Assembly: GCA_958295785.1 (NCBI GenBank)
Contig: OY282377.1
Location: 3,328,385-3,392,384, forward strand
Length of the DNA: 64,000 bases
Origin: an uncultured Latescibacterota bacterium
GTDB lineage: Bacteria; Latescibacterota; UBA2968
Direction of reading: 5' to 3'
The position numbers were made by a program, and so were the translations under genes. The notes beneath the pieces are model-generated. The model worked only from the letters and a program-made list of their open reading frames with translations. It did not search any database and had not been told where the DNA came from. Shown here piece after piece: positions 39,195 to 48,873 of this stretch (position 1 is its first letter; each line of letters starts with the position of its first letter).

Positions 39195-40304
39195 ATGTGC
39201 GATTATGCCCTACCTTGGTTGGTGCTCTACGCAGTGCCGGGCCTGGGGCCTGCTGCTTACTGCGCCCTTATCGAGCATTTTGAAACGCCCGAGAATATTC
39301 TTTCGCAATCTCCCCAATCGCTTTGCAGTGTCCCCGGCATTGGCCCGAGCACGGCGCAATCTATCTGTTGCAACCGGGACTGGGCATGGGCGCGTGATCA
39401 AGTTGCGCGGGTGCAGGGCATGGGCATTCAAATTTGCACGCTTTCCGATCCACTCTATCCCACCATTCTAACCCAAATCTACGCCCCGCCCTCGCTGCTG
39501 TTTGTAAAAGGCGACATCAGGGTGTGCCACCAGCCCACAATCAGCATCGTGGGATCGCGTTCCTACACGGCGTATGGACGAGAAACCGCGCATCGCCTAG
39601 GGGGCGATCTCGCCAGATCGGGGATCACTGTGGTCAGCGGCATGGCCGTTGGCATCGATGCCCATGCACACCGCGGCGCGCTCGAGCACGGCGTGACCGC
39701 AACGGTGCTCGGCAGCAGTTTGGATCGCCCCTAGCCCCCTGAAAACCGCGCCCTATTTGACCAGATTTGCGAACGCGGCGTTGTGTTATCGGAATTTCCC
39801 TTGGGCACGGCGCCAGAGCCGCACAACTTTCCCAGGCGCAACCGCATCATCAGCGGCTTGAGCTTGGGCACGGTCGTTGTTGAGGCCGGCACGCGGAGCG
39901 GAGCGCTGATCACCGCCCAATTTGCCCTTGACCAGAACCGCGATGTGTTTGCGGTCCCCGGTCCGATTTATTCGGGCAAAAGCCGGGGCACCAATGGCCT
40001 GCTTCGCCAAGGCGCCATTCTCGTTCAAATGGCGCAAGATATTTTGAGCGAGATCGAACTGCATCCCCCATCCTCCGATCAATCCCCTGAGCAAAACACG
40101 CCCCGCGATCCCGTTCTCCCCGAGCGAGAACAGCGCGTATGGGACGGCCTCGCACGCCTGTCTGACGCCGATGCCCCAGTGCATATTGACGCGCTTGCAA
40201 GGGAGACGGGATTCTCTTCTGGCGAGGCCCTCGACATCCTCTTGGGGCTTGAAATACAATGTCATGTCGAGCAACTGCCGGGCATGCTTTTTAAGCGCAA
40301 GTGA
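39195..40304 (+). pseudogene. dprA: DNA-processing protein DprA split by an in-frame TAG at 39732-39734
   Basis: IVGSR, VSGMAVGID and NFPRRNRIISGL motifs; reads DRP*PPEN where YP is expected. Confidence 0.88.
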
Positions 40305-40517
40305 AGCGCGGATGGACGAATAGACAGAACGGAGTACAACTGCGTAGCAGTTTATCAGCGACATGAATCGTAGGGGCGCGGCCCCTGTGCCCGCCCGAAC
40401 AGAGAAATAGACAAATGGACAGAACGGGCATAGGTATGCCATCCCATACAAAGAGAGCCTTCTCACCCGCTTACGCACGCGGGAAAAAGGCTCTCTTTTG
40501 CTTCAATGGCGCATCGT

Positions 40518-41141
40518 TCAAAAAGACCGCATCAAACCGACAATTTTACCGGCGATTCGGAATGAATCGGAACTTTTACCTACCACAATGGGTTGGTAGG
40601 CTTTGTTTTCGGGCATCAATTTGACTTGCGAACCCTCTCGATAATAGCGTTTGACCGTGGCTTCTTCGCCGATCACAGCCACGACAATCTCGCCTTGATG
40701 CGCGGATTCTTGCTGCCGTGCGAGCACAAAATCGCCATCGAAAATCCCGGCATCGCGCATGCTATCGCCCTCGACTTTGAGGGCAAACACATTGCCTCGC
40801 GGCACAAAACCGGAATCCACTGCGAGCGTGCGCTCGATGTTTTCCGTTGCGAGGATGGGTTCGCCGGCAGCCACGCGACCGATCACGGGCACTTCGCGCA
40901 CATCGCCGGAAAGAGACGCATCTTGGTAATCCGTCAATTCAATGCTGCGCGACAACATGGCGGTTCGCCGAATATACCCCTTTTTTTCTAAGGCAGTCAG
41001 GGTGGTTCGCACGCCATTGGTCGATGCAATGCCAAACGCCACCATGATTTCTCGGATCGTAGGTGGGTAGCCATTGTTGCGGATCACCTGAGCGATGAAA
41101 TCGTATATCTCTTGCTGGCGTGCAGTGAGTTTTTTTCGCAT
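40518..41141 (-). CDS. lexA: LexA repressor
   Basis: PPTIREI, GRVAAG cleavage site, GDSM and TVKR motifs. Confidence 0.95.
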   Translation of the reverse strand: MRKKLTARQQEIYDFIAQVIRNNGYPPTIREIMVAFGIASTNGVRTTLTALEKKGYIRRTAMLSRSIELTDYQDASLSGDVREVPVIGRVAAGEPILATENIERTLAVDSGFVPRGNVFALKVEGDSMRDAGIFDGDFVLARQQESAHQGEIVVAVIGEEATVKRYYREGSQVKLMPENKAYQPIVVGKSSDSFRIAGKIVGLMRSF

Positions 41142-41315
41142 AACACACCTCCTTATTTCGAGTGAAAGACCTTTTTCCCTTCACATGCACATTTGAATAT
41201 AGTGAACGTTAGTGCATCCGTCAAGTTTTTATTCAAAATAAATTCCGATTTCCGCCCAAAGTTCCCGACCTTCGCCCGCTCTAAACGTTGCGAATCCCTC
41301 CGCATATCCTCTGCT

Positions 41316-41344
41316 TGACACCGCAAATACCCCCTTGTATTTTA
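41316..41344 (+). promoter_or_regulatory. Candidate sigma70 promoter divergent from lexA
   Basis: TTGACA-17 bp-TATTTT. Confidence 0.4.
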
Positions 41345-41557
41345 TGTTTGTGAACATACGAATAGACGGAACGGGGGTACAACTGGCCGTTGAACGGGCT
41401 TGAGAGGCAACCCGTTGTACCCCATTGCTCAGGCTGGTTCATCAATGTCGAACGGGTCTGCGGCAGCAAATCATCTACGCAGGTAGTGGTTTCGGCTAGA
41501 TGGTGGCCTTCTCGCGTTTTGCCTCTCGCTTCTCGCCTTCAGATCGGAAAGAGTACC

Positions 41558-42508
41558 ATGAAAAATCTCGCGTTTGACACGTACGTACCCTTTGCCTGGC
41601 AGGGCATTGGCTTGGCGATTCCCTCGGAATGGAATCCCGGCAAAATATCGGGAGAGGCCAACTCGGGCGAAGCGCGCCTCGATGATTCGCAAATTGCGCG
41701 TCTCGAGCTCGAATGGAAAGAAGCGCGGGGGGATGACCGCGTGGCGCAAATTGTGGATCGCTATATCGAGGGACTGGCAAAAAATGCCAAAAAACAAAAG
41801 AGTCGCCTGCGCGTTGAACGCAATCCCCAAGCGATTGACCTCGACCTTCCCGCCATGCAAAACACGCAGTATTTTTTGTGGGAATCGCGTTATACAGTCC
41901 ACACCTTGGCGACGTATAGCCCCATCTCGGATCGTCTCATTTTTATTCGCATCATGGAGCACCCAGATGAAACCCTCACCCCTGTTCTGCCCCGCGTTCT
42001 CAACACGCTTCGAGACACCGCGCCCGGCGAACCCTATACATGGGCACTCTACGACCTGATCTGCCAATCTCCGCCCGGATATGAACTCGAAAATTTTGAC
42101 CTCAAATCCGGGCATATAGGCTTGAAATTTGAAAGGGAAAACACCCTGCTCAACATCGACCGCCTCAGCTTGGCGCGCACCATTCTCAACAACAAAAATC
42201 TCGATGAGTGGTACATGGAGTTTTTTGCCAAAAGCCTCCGACACATGCACGTTGAAACCGATCTCCAAATCCGTGGTCCCAACCTCGTGCTCTCGGTCAA
42301 TGGCCGCCCCAAGAGCCGCTGGCATGGCCTGCTTCAGCCCTTGCCCTTTTGGAACACGCGCCCCCGGCAAAATCTATCGGGACGGGTTTGGACGGATTTG
42401 GAGGCGAATAAAATTTTTGCTGTTCAAACATTTTGGAAAAATTCCGAAGACGCGCCAGATTTGGATGCTTGTTGCGCGGACGTAACAGCCATTTCCAACG
42501 GAACGTAA
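41558..42508 (+). CDS. Hypothetical protein
   Basis: Long ORF with coding-like composition; no family recognised. Confidence 0.7.
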   Translation: MKNLAFDTYVPFAWQGIGLAIPSEWNPGKISGEANSGEARLDDSQIARLELEWKEARGDDRVAQIVDRYIEGLAKNAKKQKSRLRVERNPQAIDLDLPAMQNTQYFLWESRYTVHTLATYSPISDRLIFIRIMEHPDETLTPVLPRVLNTLRDTAPGEPYTWALYDLICQSPPGYELENFDLKSGHIGLKFERENTLLNIDRLSLARTILNNKNLDEWYMEFFAKSLRHMHVETDLQIRGPNLVLSVNGRPKSRWHGLLQPLPFWNTRPRQNLSGRVWTDLEANKIFAVQTFWKNSEDAPDLDACCADVTAISNGT

Positions 42509-42527
42509 AAAACTGTGGAGTTCTGAT

Positions 42528-42950
42528 ATGTTCTTTAAGAAACAACCCAAAATTGGCCGCGAGGCCATGTTCAAATCCAAGCCCGTTCGCAACAATCAGG
42601 TCGAATGGGAGAAAAATGACGACGGCGAAATTCACGTCACCCTCACGCGCGGCGATTCGTGGAAGGTGCGTACCCTTTCCAAAATTTTCTGGATTCCCAA
42701 GACAAAAACCCTGGTGCTCGACGAAATTGGCGCGCAGGTCTGGGATATGTGCGACGGTCGCACAACTGTCGAAGCCATCATCAAACGCCTGGGCAAAACC
42801 CACCAACTCAATTTGAAAGAAGCCGAAATCTCGTTGCTCGCCTATCTCAAAAAGCTCGGGCAAAAGGGATTGCTCGGGTTTGCCGTTTCAAAAAAAGACC
42901 TGCCCGGCAGCAAGCGCCGCAGACGCGCCAGCGGCAAGGCATGGGGATGA
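42528..42950 (+). CDS. PqqD-family (RRE-fold) protein
   Basis: LDEIGAQVWDMCDGRTTVEAI...YLKKL. Confidence 0.8.
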   Translation: MFFKKQPKIGREAMFKSKPVRNNQVEWEKNDDGEIHVTLTRGDSWKVRTLSKIFWIPKTKTLVLDEIGAQVWDMCDGRTTVEAIIKRLGKTHQLNLKEAEISLLAYLKKLGQKGLLGFAVSKKDLPGSKRRRRASGKAWG

Positions 42951-43002
42951 GCCGCACAGGCGAGTATAGCCTACAACGCAAACTTCAGACGAGGAGAACA
43001 CC

Positions 43003-43581
43003 ATGAGCGAAGCCATCGCCTTTGACACACATCAATTCGTCAAGCACCTGACAGCCAATGGCTTTACCGAACAACAGGCCGAGGTCCTGGCCAACGAGCA
43101 GGTCAACTTGCTCAACAGCAACTTGGCAACCAAATCCGACATCGCGGCTGTCAAGGCCGATATCGAGGCTGTCAAGGCCGACATCGAGGCCCTACAGTTG
43201 GCTATTGAGTCCAAAATCGAGACCCAGCAGTTGGAGACCGAGTCCAAAATTGAGGCACTGCGATTGTCCACCAAGGCCGACATCGAGGCGCTGCGATTGG
43301 CGACTGAGTCCAAAATTGAGGCACTGCAATTGTCCACCAAGGCCGACATTGAGGCTGTCAAAGCCGACATCGAGGCGTTGCGATTGGCGACTAAAGCTGA
43401 TCTTGAGGCCCAGCAGTTGGCGACTGAGTCCAAAATTGAGGCGTTGCGCCTGTCCACTGAAGCCAAAATTGAGGCTATCAAATCCGATCTGCTGAAATGG
43501 ATATTTGGCCTCGCGCTCAGCTTGGGCGGCCTGATAGTCGGTCTATTTGCCATCGCAATCAAGATGCTTGGGGCGAACTGA
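43003..43581 (+). CDS. DUF1640/CCDC90-like coiled-coil membrane protein (192 aa)
   Basis: AFDT head, LATKSD neck, 7/11-residue repeats, LLKW + TM helix. Confidence 0.85.
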   Translation: MSEAIAFDTHQFVKHLTANGFTEQQAEVLANEQVNLLNSNLATKSDIAAVKADIEAVKADIEALQLAIESKIETQQLETESKIEALRLSTKADIEALRLATESKIEALQLSTKADIEAVKADIEALRLATKADLEAQQLATESKIEALRLSTEAKIEAIKSDLLKWIFGLALSLGGLIVGLFAIAIKMLGAN

Positions 43582-43676
43582 ATTTGTCTGTCCGTTATAT
43601 GCCAGCGGCAAGGCCTGGGGATGAGCCGCACAGGCGAGTATAGCCTATAACGCGAACTTCAGACGAGGAGAACACC

Positions 43677-44342
43677 ATGAGCGAAGCCATCGCCTTTGAC
43701 ACGCATCAATTCGTCAAGCACCTGACAGCCAATGGCTTTACCGAACAACAGGCCGAGGTCCTGGCCAACGAGCAGGTCAACTTGCTCAACAGCAACTTGG
43801 CAACCAAATCCGACATCGCGGCTGTCAAGGCCGATATCGAGGCTGTCAAGGCCGACATCGAGGCCCTACAGTTGGCTATTGAGTCCAAAATCGAGACCCA
43901 GCAGTTGGAGACCGAGTCCAAAATCGAGGCACTGCGATTGTCCACCAAGGCCGACATTGAGGCTGTCAAGGCCGACATCGAGGCGCTGCGATTGGCGACT
44001 GAGTCCAAAATTGAGGCACTGCAATTGTCCACTAAGTCCGACATTGAGGCTGTCAAGGCCGACATCGAGGCGCTGCGATTGGCGACTGAGTCCAAAATTG
44101 AGGCACTGCAATTGTCCACCAAGGCCGACATTGAGGCCCTGCGATTGGCGACTAAAGCTGATCTTGAGGCCCAGCAGTTGGCGACTGAGTCCAAAATTGA
44201 GGCGTTGCGCCTGTCCACTGAAGCCAAAATTGAGGCTATCAAATCCGATCTTTTGAAATGGATATTCGGCCTCGCGCTCAGCTTGGGCGGCCTGATAGTC
44301 GGTCTGTTTGCCATCGCAATCAAAATGCTTGGGGCGAACTAA
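43677..44342 (+). CDS. DUF1640/CCDC90-like coiled-coil membrane protein (221 aa)
   Basis: Same as 43003-43581 with 29 extra stalk residues. Confidence 0.85.
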   Translation: MSEAIAFDTHQFVKHLTANGFTEQQAEVLANEQVNLLNSNLATKSDIAAVKADIEAVKADIEALQLAIESKIETQQLETESKIEALRLSTKADIEAVKADIEALRLATESKIEALQLSTKSDIEAVKADIEALRLATESKIEALQLSTKADIEALRLATKADLEAQQLATESKIEALRLSTEAKIEAIKSDLLKWIFGLALSLGGLIVGLFAIAIKMLGAN

Positions 44343-44370
44343 ATTTGTCTGTCCGCCGAAGGAAACATCA

Positions 44371-44758
44371 ATGGAACTTCTTTTTATTTGGTTTCTGTTT
44401 GGCATTGTCAGCGCGGTGGTTGCCACAACAAAAGGACGAAGTGGTTGTGGTTGGTTTGCCCTTGGAATTTTGCTCGGTCCATTTGGTTGCATTCTGGCAT
44501 TGGTCGTTCCAAAAAATCAGGCCGTGGCCGAGAAAGAAGCCGTTAAACGCGGCGAGATGAAAAAGTGCCCATACTGTGCTGAACTGATAAAAGCAGAAGC
44601 GATTAAGAGTCCCTAACAAAAAGCGTTGCCCTGGATTTGTGAGAGACAGACTTTGAGGCATTCCTGCGGGTGTTCACTCATCTGTTTCAGACGCTTGATT
44701 TCTTTATGTTAGGGCTTCTAAGTGTCGCTATTGCGGAGAAGATGTAACCGGAAATTAG
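44371..44758 (+). pseudogene. Membrane zinc-ribbon protein disrupted by a MITE
   Basis: Removing the MITE and one TAA restores CPYCAELIKAEAIKCRYCGEDVTGN*. Confidence 0.85.
44607..44718 (-). mobile_element. 112-bp MITE (family A, copy 2)
   Basis: Reverse complement of 23650-23761; TAA target duplication. Confidence 0.9.
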
Positions 44759-44793
44759 CCGACGTATCTTTCGATTTTTTTTTGAGTTTAATC

Positions 44794-44822
44794 TTGACAT
44801 TTTTGTATGCTTTGGGTAAGTT
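44794..44822 (+). promoter_or_regulatory. Candidate suf promoter
   Basis: TTGACA-17 bp-TAAGTT upstream of sufB. Confidence 0.55.
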
Positions 44823-44858
44823 TGCGCGGTGCTGACCCTTTCAATAAGGAGTTTTACC

Positions 44859-46328
44859 ATGAGTTCCCAAACGCAAGAGCTCGAAACGCTGGCGACGGGC
44901 GATTACAAATTTGGCTGGGTGACGGATATCGAGCAGGAATCCGCCCCCCCAGGTCTGAATGAAGACATCATTCAATTTATCTCCGAGAAAAAAAACGAGC
45001 CCGATTGGTTGCTCGCATGGCGCTTGAAAGCCTATCGCCACTGGCTGACCATGACCGACCCGCTCAAGCGCAAAAAGAGCGAGCAGTGGGCGATGGTCAC
45101 ATATCCGGATATCGACTATCAGCGCATCGTGTACTACGCCGCGCCCAAGAATGCGGGTGAGGGGCCGGAAAGTTTGGACGAGGTCGATCCCGAACTTCTG
45201 GCGACTTATGAAAAACTCGGCATTCCCCTCGAAGAGCAAAAAATGCTGACCGGCGTGGCTGTCGATGCGGTTTTTGACAGCGTTTCCGTGGCGACGACCT
45301 TTAAGGAAACCCTGGCCGAGGCGGGGGTCATTTTCTGCTCGTTTTCAGAAGCCGTGCAAGAGCATCCCGATCTGGTGAGAAAGTATCTCGGTTCGGTCGT
45401 GCCGCATACCGACAATTATTTTGCGGCCCTCAACTCGGCGGTCTTCAGCGATGGGTCGTTCTGCTATATCCCCAAGGGCGTGCGCTGCCCAATGGAGCTA
45501 TCGACGTATTTCCGCATCAACGCCGCCAACACAGGCCAATTTGAACGCACCCTCGTCATCGCCGATGAGGGGGCTTATGTGTCGTATTTGGAAGGATGCA
45601 CAGCGCCGATGCGCGACGAAAATCAGCTTCACGCCGCAGTGGTGGAGCTCGTCGCGCTGGGCAATGCACAGATCAAATACGCCACAGTGCAAAACTGGTA
45701 TCCGGGCGACATCAACGGCAAGGGCGGCATTTACAACTTCGTCACCAAACGCGGCGCGTGCCGGGGCGTCAATGCCAAAATTTCGTGGACGCAAGTAGAG
45801 ACGGGCTCGGCCATTACGTGGAAATATCCGAGTTGCATTTTGCAAGGCGACAACTCGGTGGGCGAATTTTACTCGGTCGCTGTCACCTCCCTCAAGCAGC
45901 AGGCCGACACTGGCACCAAGATGATCCACATCGGCAAAAACACGCGGAGTACCATCATCTCCAAAGGCATCTCTGCCCTGCGCGGGCAAAACACCTATCG
46001 CGGTGCCGTGCAAGTGCTCAAGGGCGCGCGCGACGCCAGAAATTTTACCCAATGCGATTCCATGCTCATCGGCGACCAGTGCGGCGCGCACACCTTTCCC
46101 TATATCGACGTCCGCAATCCCTCCGCACAGGTCGAACACGAGGCCACCACGTCCAAAATTGGCGAAGATCAAATTTTCTATTGCAACCAGCGCGGCATCT
46201 CCACAGAAGACGCGGTTTCCCTGATCGTCAATGGGTTTTGCAAGGAAGTCCTGGCAGAATTGCCCATGGAATTTGCAGTCGAAGCCCAAAAACTCCTCGG
46301 CATCAGCCTCGAGGGCAGTGTGGGATAG
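44859..46328 (+). CDS. sufB: Fe-S cluster assembly protein SufB
   Basis: [21 protein letters not shown] and LPMEFAVEA motifs. Confidence 0.97.
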   Translation: MSSQTQELETLATGDYKFGWVTDIEQESAPPGLNEDIIQFISEKKNEPDWLLAWRLKAYRHWLTMTDPLKRKKSEQWAMVTYPDIDYQRIVYYAAPKNAGEGPESLDEVDPELLATYEKLGIPLEEQKMLTGVAVDAVFDSVSVATTFKETLAEAGVIFCSFSEAVQEHPDLVRKYLGSVVPHTDNYFAALNSAVFSDGSFCYIPKGVRCPMELSTYFRINAANTGQFERTLVIADEGAYVSYLEGCTAPMRDENQLHAAVVELVALGNAQIKYATVQNWYPGDINGKGGIYNFVTKRGACRGVNAKISWTQVETGSAITWKYPSCILQGDNSVGEFYSVAVTSLKQQADTGTKMIHIGKNTRSTIISKGISALRGQNTYRGAVQVLKGARDARNFTQCDSMLIGDQCGAHTFPYIDVRNPSAQVEHEATTSKIGEDQIFYCNQRGISTEDAVSLIVNGFCKEVLAELPMEFAVEAQKLLGISLEGSVG

Positions 46329-46360
46329 GAACTATCCGAAAGCGCAAAGGAGGCCATCAC

Positions 46361-47407
46361 ATGGCAAAACAAATTGCACTCTTCAATCACAAGGGCGGCG
46401 TGAGCAAGACAACGACCACCTTCAACCTCGGCTGGATGCTGGCGAACAAGGGGAAGAAGGTGATCCTCGCCGACTGCGACCCGCAGTGCAATCTCACGGG
46501 CATGGTTTTAGGATTCATGGATGCTTGGGATTTTTCATCGACTTACGAGTCAAAAAAGGTGAAAAATATCCGCGATGGTCTCGCCCCCGCTTTTGAATCT
46601 CGGCCAGCACCTATTGAACCGGTAGTCTGCGAGCCAATCAAGGGGCAACCTAACATGCACCTGTTGCCCGGTCACATTGGCCTCGCCGAATACGAAGTCA
46701 CCTTGGGTATTGCACAAGAGTTGTCAGGCTCGCTCGTAACCCTACAGAACTTGCCAGGCTCTCTTCACCATCTCTTTTCTAAAACTGCCGAGAAGTACGA
46801 CGCCGATTTTATCCTTGTGGATATGAGCCCGAGTCTGGGGCCCATTAACCAAAACCTTCTGATGACGAGTGACTATTTCATCGTACCGATGATGCCGGAT
46901 TACTTCTCGGCGATGGCGACGGATAGCCTTGCCTCTATTTTGCCCAAGTGGTCAGAATGGGCAAAGGAAGCAAAAAAAATAAAAGCGCTCAGGGAGGCGA
47001 TTTATCCTTTTCCCGATAAGACACCCAAATTTCTCGGTATGATCGTTCAGAAATTTAGGCCAAAAAAAGAAATTCCTGCCGCTGCATTCCAAAATTGGAT
47101 CGATCAAATAGAAAAAGGAGTTGGGGAAAAGCTCATACCCGTGTTAAGAGAACGCGATATGTTGCTTCCAGAGAAGGTCTATCAAAAAAATGGCTTTCAG
47201 ATAGACCAACCGCTTCTTCAGATGGCAGACTTCAACAGTCTGATCGCCCTTTCGCAAAAGCACAACGCTCCTATTTTCGATTTGACCGATGAGCAAATTG
47301 GACAAACGGGAGTCGTGCTTGAAAGTACCAAGAAATCCATGCTTCAATTTCGGGATTTATACGCCAAAGGGGCGGATCTAATCATAAAGCTCGTTGAACA
47401 TGCTTAG
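46361..47407 (+). CDS. ParA/MinD-like ATPase (non-partitioning, accessory type)
   Basis: FNHKGGVSKTT, DCDPQCNLT and DMSPSLG motifs; RBS aaggagg. Confidence 0.88.
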   Translation: MAKQIALFNHKGGVSKTTTTFNLGWMLANKGKKVILADCDPQCNLTGMVLGFMDAWDFSSTYESKKVKNIRDGLAPAFESRPAPIEPVVCEPIKGQPNMHLLPGHIGLAEYEVTLGIAQELSGSLVTLQNLPGSLHHLFSKTAEKYDADFILVDMSPSLGPINQNLLMTSDYFIVPMMPDYFSAMATDSLASILPKWSEWAKEAKKIKALREAIYPFPDKTPKFLGMIVQKFRPKKEIPAAAFQNWIDQIEKGVGEKLIPVLRERDMLLPEKVYQKNGFQIDQPLLQMADFNSLIALSQKHNAPIFDLTDEQIGQTGVVLESTKKSMLQFRDLYAKGADLIIKLVEHA

Positions 47408-48002
47408 TGCCATTCGACAATTTCGTGCGAATATGGAACGGGTACGCGCTATCGGCGGGTTGTATGAGGCACTCGATCAATTGACGACACCTGCCGTAGA
47501 TGCAACAGATCTTTTACGCACACAAATCGCGATGGCTATAAGCGCGCTCGACCATTACATCCACTCGATCACCCGGATTGGGATGTTAGAGGTGTACGAT
47601 GAAAAACGTCCTCCGACCAATGCTTTTTCGCGCTTTCAAGTGACGATAGATGCGGCCATGACAGGGATTGCCGAATCGGTCGGAAACGCTTGGTTTGAGA
47701 TGGAAATCCGCGAGAAACACGGATATATGGCCTTTCAGCATCCAGACAAGATAGCGGATGCGGTGCGGCTTTTCTCATCGTGCGAGTTATGGACATCCGT
47801 TGCTTCGCAACTGGGGTTGACAGTACAAGACGTGAAAAATCGGCTTCGCCTTATCGTCGATCGCCGCAATCGGATCGTTCATGAGGCCGACCTGGATCCG
47901 AGTTATCCCGGGAGCCGTTGGCCTATTTCACCTTCTGACTCGGCGGAGGCCGCAGATTTTATCCAAGACATTTGCGAAGCCATTCATGAGGTTGTTACAT
48001 AA
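47400..48002 (+). CDS. HEPN-domain protein (putative RNase)
   Basis: SALDHYIH and the Rx4H motif RNRIVH; overlaps the ParA stop codon. Confidence 0.8.
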   Translation: MLSAIRQFRANMERVRAIGGLYEALDQLTTPAVDATDLLRTQIAMAISALDHYIHSITRIGMLEVYDEKRPPTNAFSRFQVTIDAAMTGIAESVGNAWFEMEIREKHGYMAFQHPDKIADAVRLFSSCELWTSVASQLGLTVQDVKNRLRLIVDRRNRIVHEADLDPSYPGSRWPISPSDSAEAADFIQDICEAIHEVVT

Positions 48003-48028
48003 ACCGCAACACAATGAGGGATGAATAC

Positions 48029-48778
48029 ATGTTGGAAATTCGGAATTTGCATGCCGGTGTGGAGGGCGCGAAAATTTTGCACGGCATTGATCTCGCGGTC
48101 AATGCGGGCGAAACCCACGCCATTATGGGCCCCAATGGGTCGGGCAAGAGCACATTGGCGCAGGTGCTCGCGGGGCACGAAGCGTATTGCGTCACGGCGG
48201 GCGAAGTTTTCTATCGGGGCGAAGACCTGCTCGATATGGCCCCTGATGAGCGCGCGGCGCAGGGCTTCTTTCTCGCGTTTCAATATCCGGTGGAAATCCC
48301 CGGCGTGAACAGCGCGTACTTTTTGCGGACGGCCCTCAACGCCATTCGCAAAGCGAGAGAGGAAGATGAGATCGATGCGTTTGACTTTCTCTCCCTGATC
48401 CGCGACAAACTCAAACTGGTCGAAATGGACGAAAAATTTCTCAATCGCCCGGTCAACGAGGGCTTTTCTGGCGGAGAAAAAAAACGCCATGAAATTTTGC
48501 AGATGGCCGTTTTGGAACCCCGCCTCGCCATTCTCGACGAGACCGATTCCGGCCTGGACATCGACGCGTTGCGCGTTGTTGCCCATGGGGTCAACACCCT
48601 GCACGGCCCGGACAAAGCGACCATTGTGGTGACGCACTACCAGCGGTTGCTCAACGACATTGTGCCCGATGTCGTCCATGTGATGCTCGACGGGCGCATT
48701 GTGCAATCGGGCGACAAAACCCTCGCCTTGGAATTGGAAGAAAAGGGATATGACTGGATAAAAGAAAAACGCGGTTAG
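48029..48778 (+). CDS. sufC: Fe-S assembly ATPase SufC
   Basis: GPNGSGKS, FQYPVEIPG, FSGGEKKR and DETDSGLD motifs. Confidence 0.97.
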   Translation: MLEIRNLHAGVEGAKILHGIDLAVNAGETHAIMGPNGSGKSTLAQVLAGHEAYCVTAGEVFYRGEDLLDMAPDERAAQGFFLAFQYPVEIPGVNSAYFLRTALNAIRKAREEDEIDAFDFLSLIRDKLKLVEMDEKFLNRPVNEGFSGGEKKRHEILQMAVLEPRLAILDETDSGLDIDALRVVAHGVNTLHGPDKATIVVTHYQRLLNDIVPDVVHVMLDGRIVQSGDKTLALELEEKGYDWIKEKRG

Positions 48779-48873
48779 ACAAACCCCGCCCCACGCGGCC
48801 AATCCGTCCATCCCCCTCGCATCCGACAGTGGAGATAGGCGGGACGGATAGCTTCTTTGAGGAAATGCGACAC

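Larger units (their letters stand above)
42928..44355 (+). repeat. Tandem duplication of a second DUF1640 gene unit (first unit ~674 bp)
   Basis: gccagcggcaaggc.tggggatgagccgcacagg at ~42928 and ~43601; both copies end aatttgtctgtccg. Confidence 0.93.

Noticed and set aside
10254..39734. Amber recoding or pyrrolysine (in-frame TAG in PIN, transposase and dprA)
   Set aside because: Many intact genes here end in TAG (e.g. sufB, sufC, rrf2), so these are better explained as nonsense mutations or errors.
41145..41375. LexA (SOS) box upstream of lexA
   Set aside because: Several GAAC/GAAT half-sites are present but no clear palindrome or known spacing, and similar words occur in local low-complexity repeats.
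45596..46360. 603-aa ORF extending ParA upstream over sufB (likewise 49761, 52214, 57714 and 58780 extensions)
   Set aside because: Shadow-frame extensions; clear RBS/ATG sites and family N-termini lie downstream.
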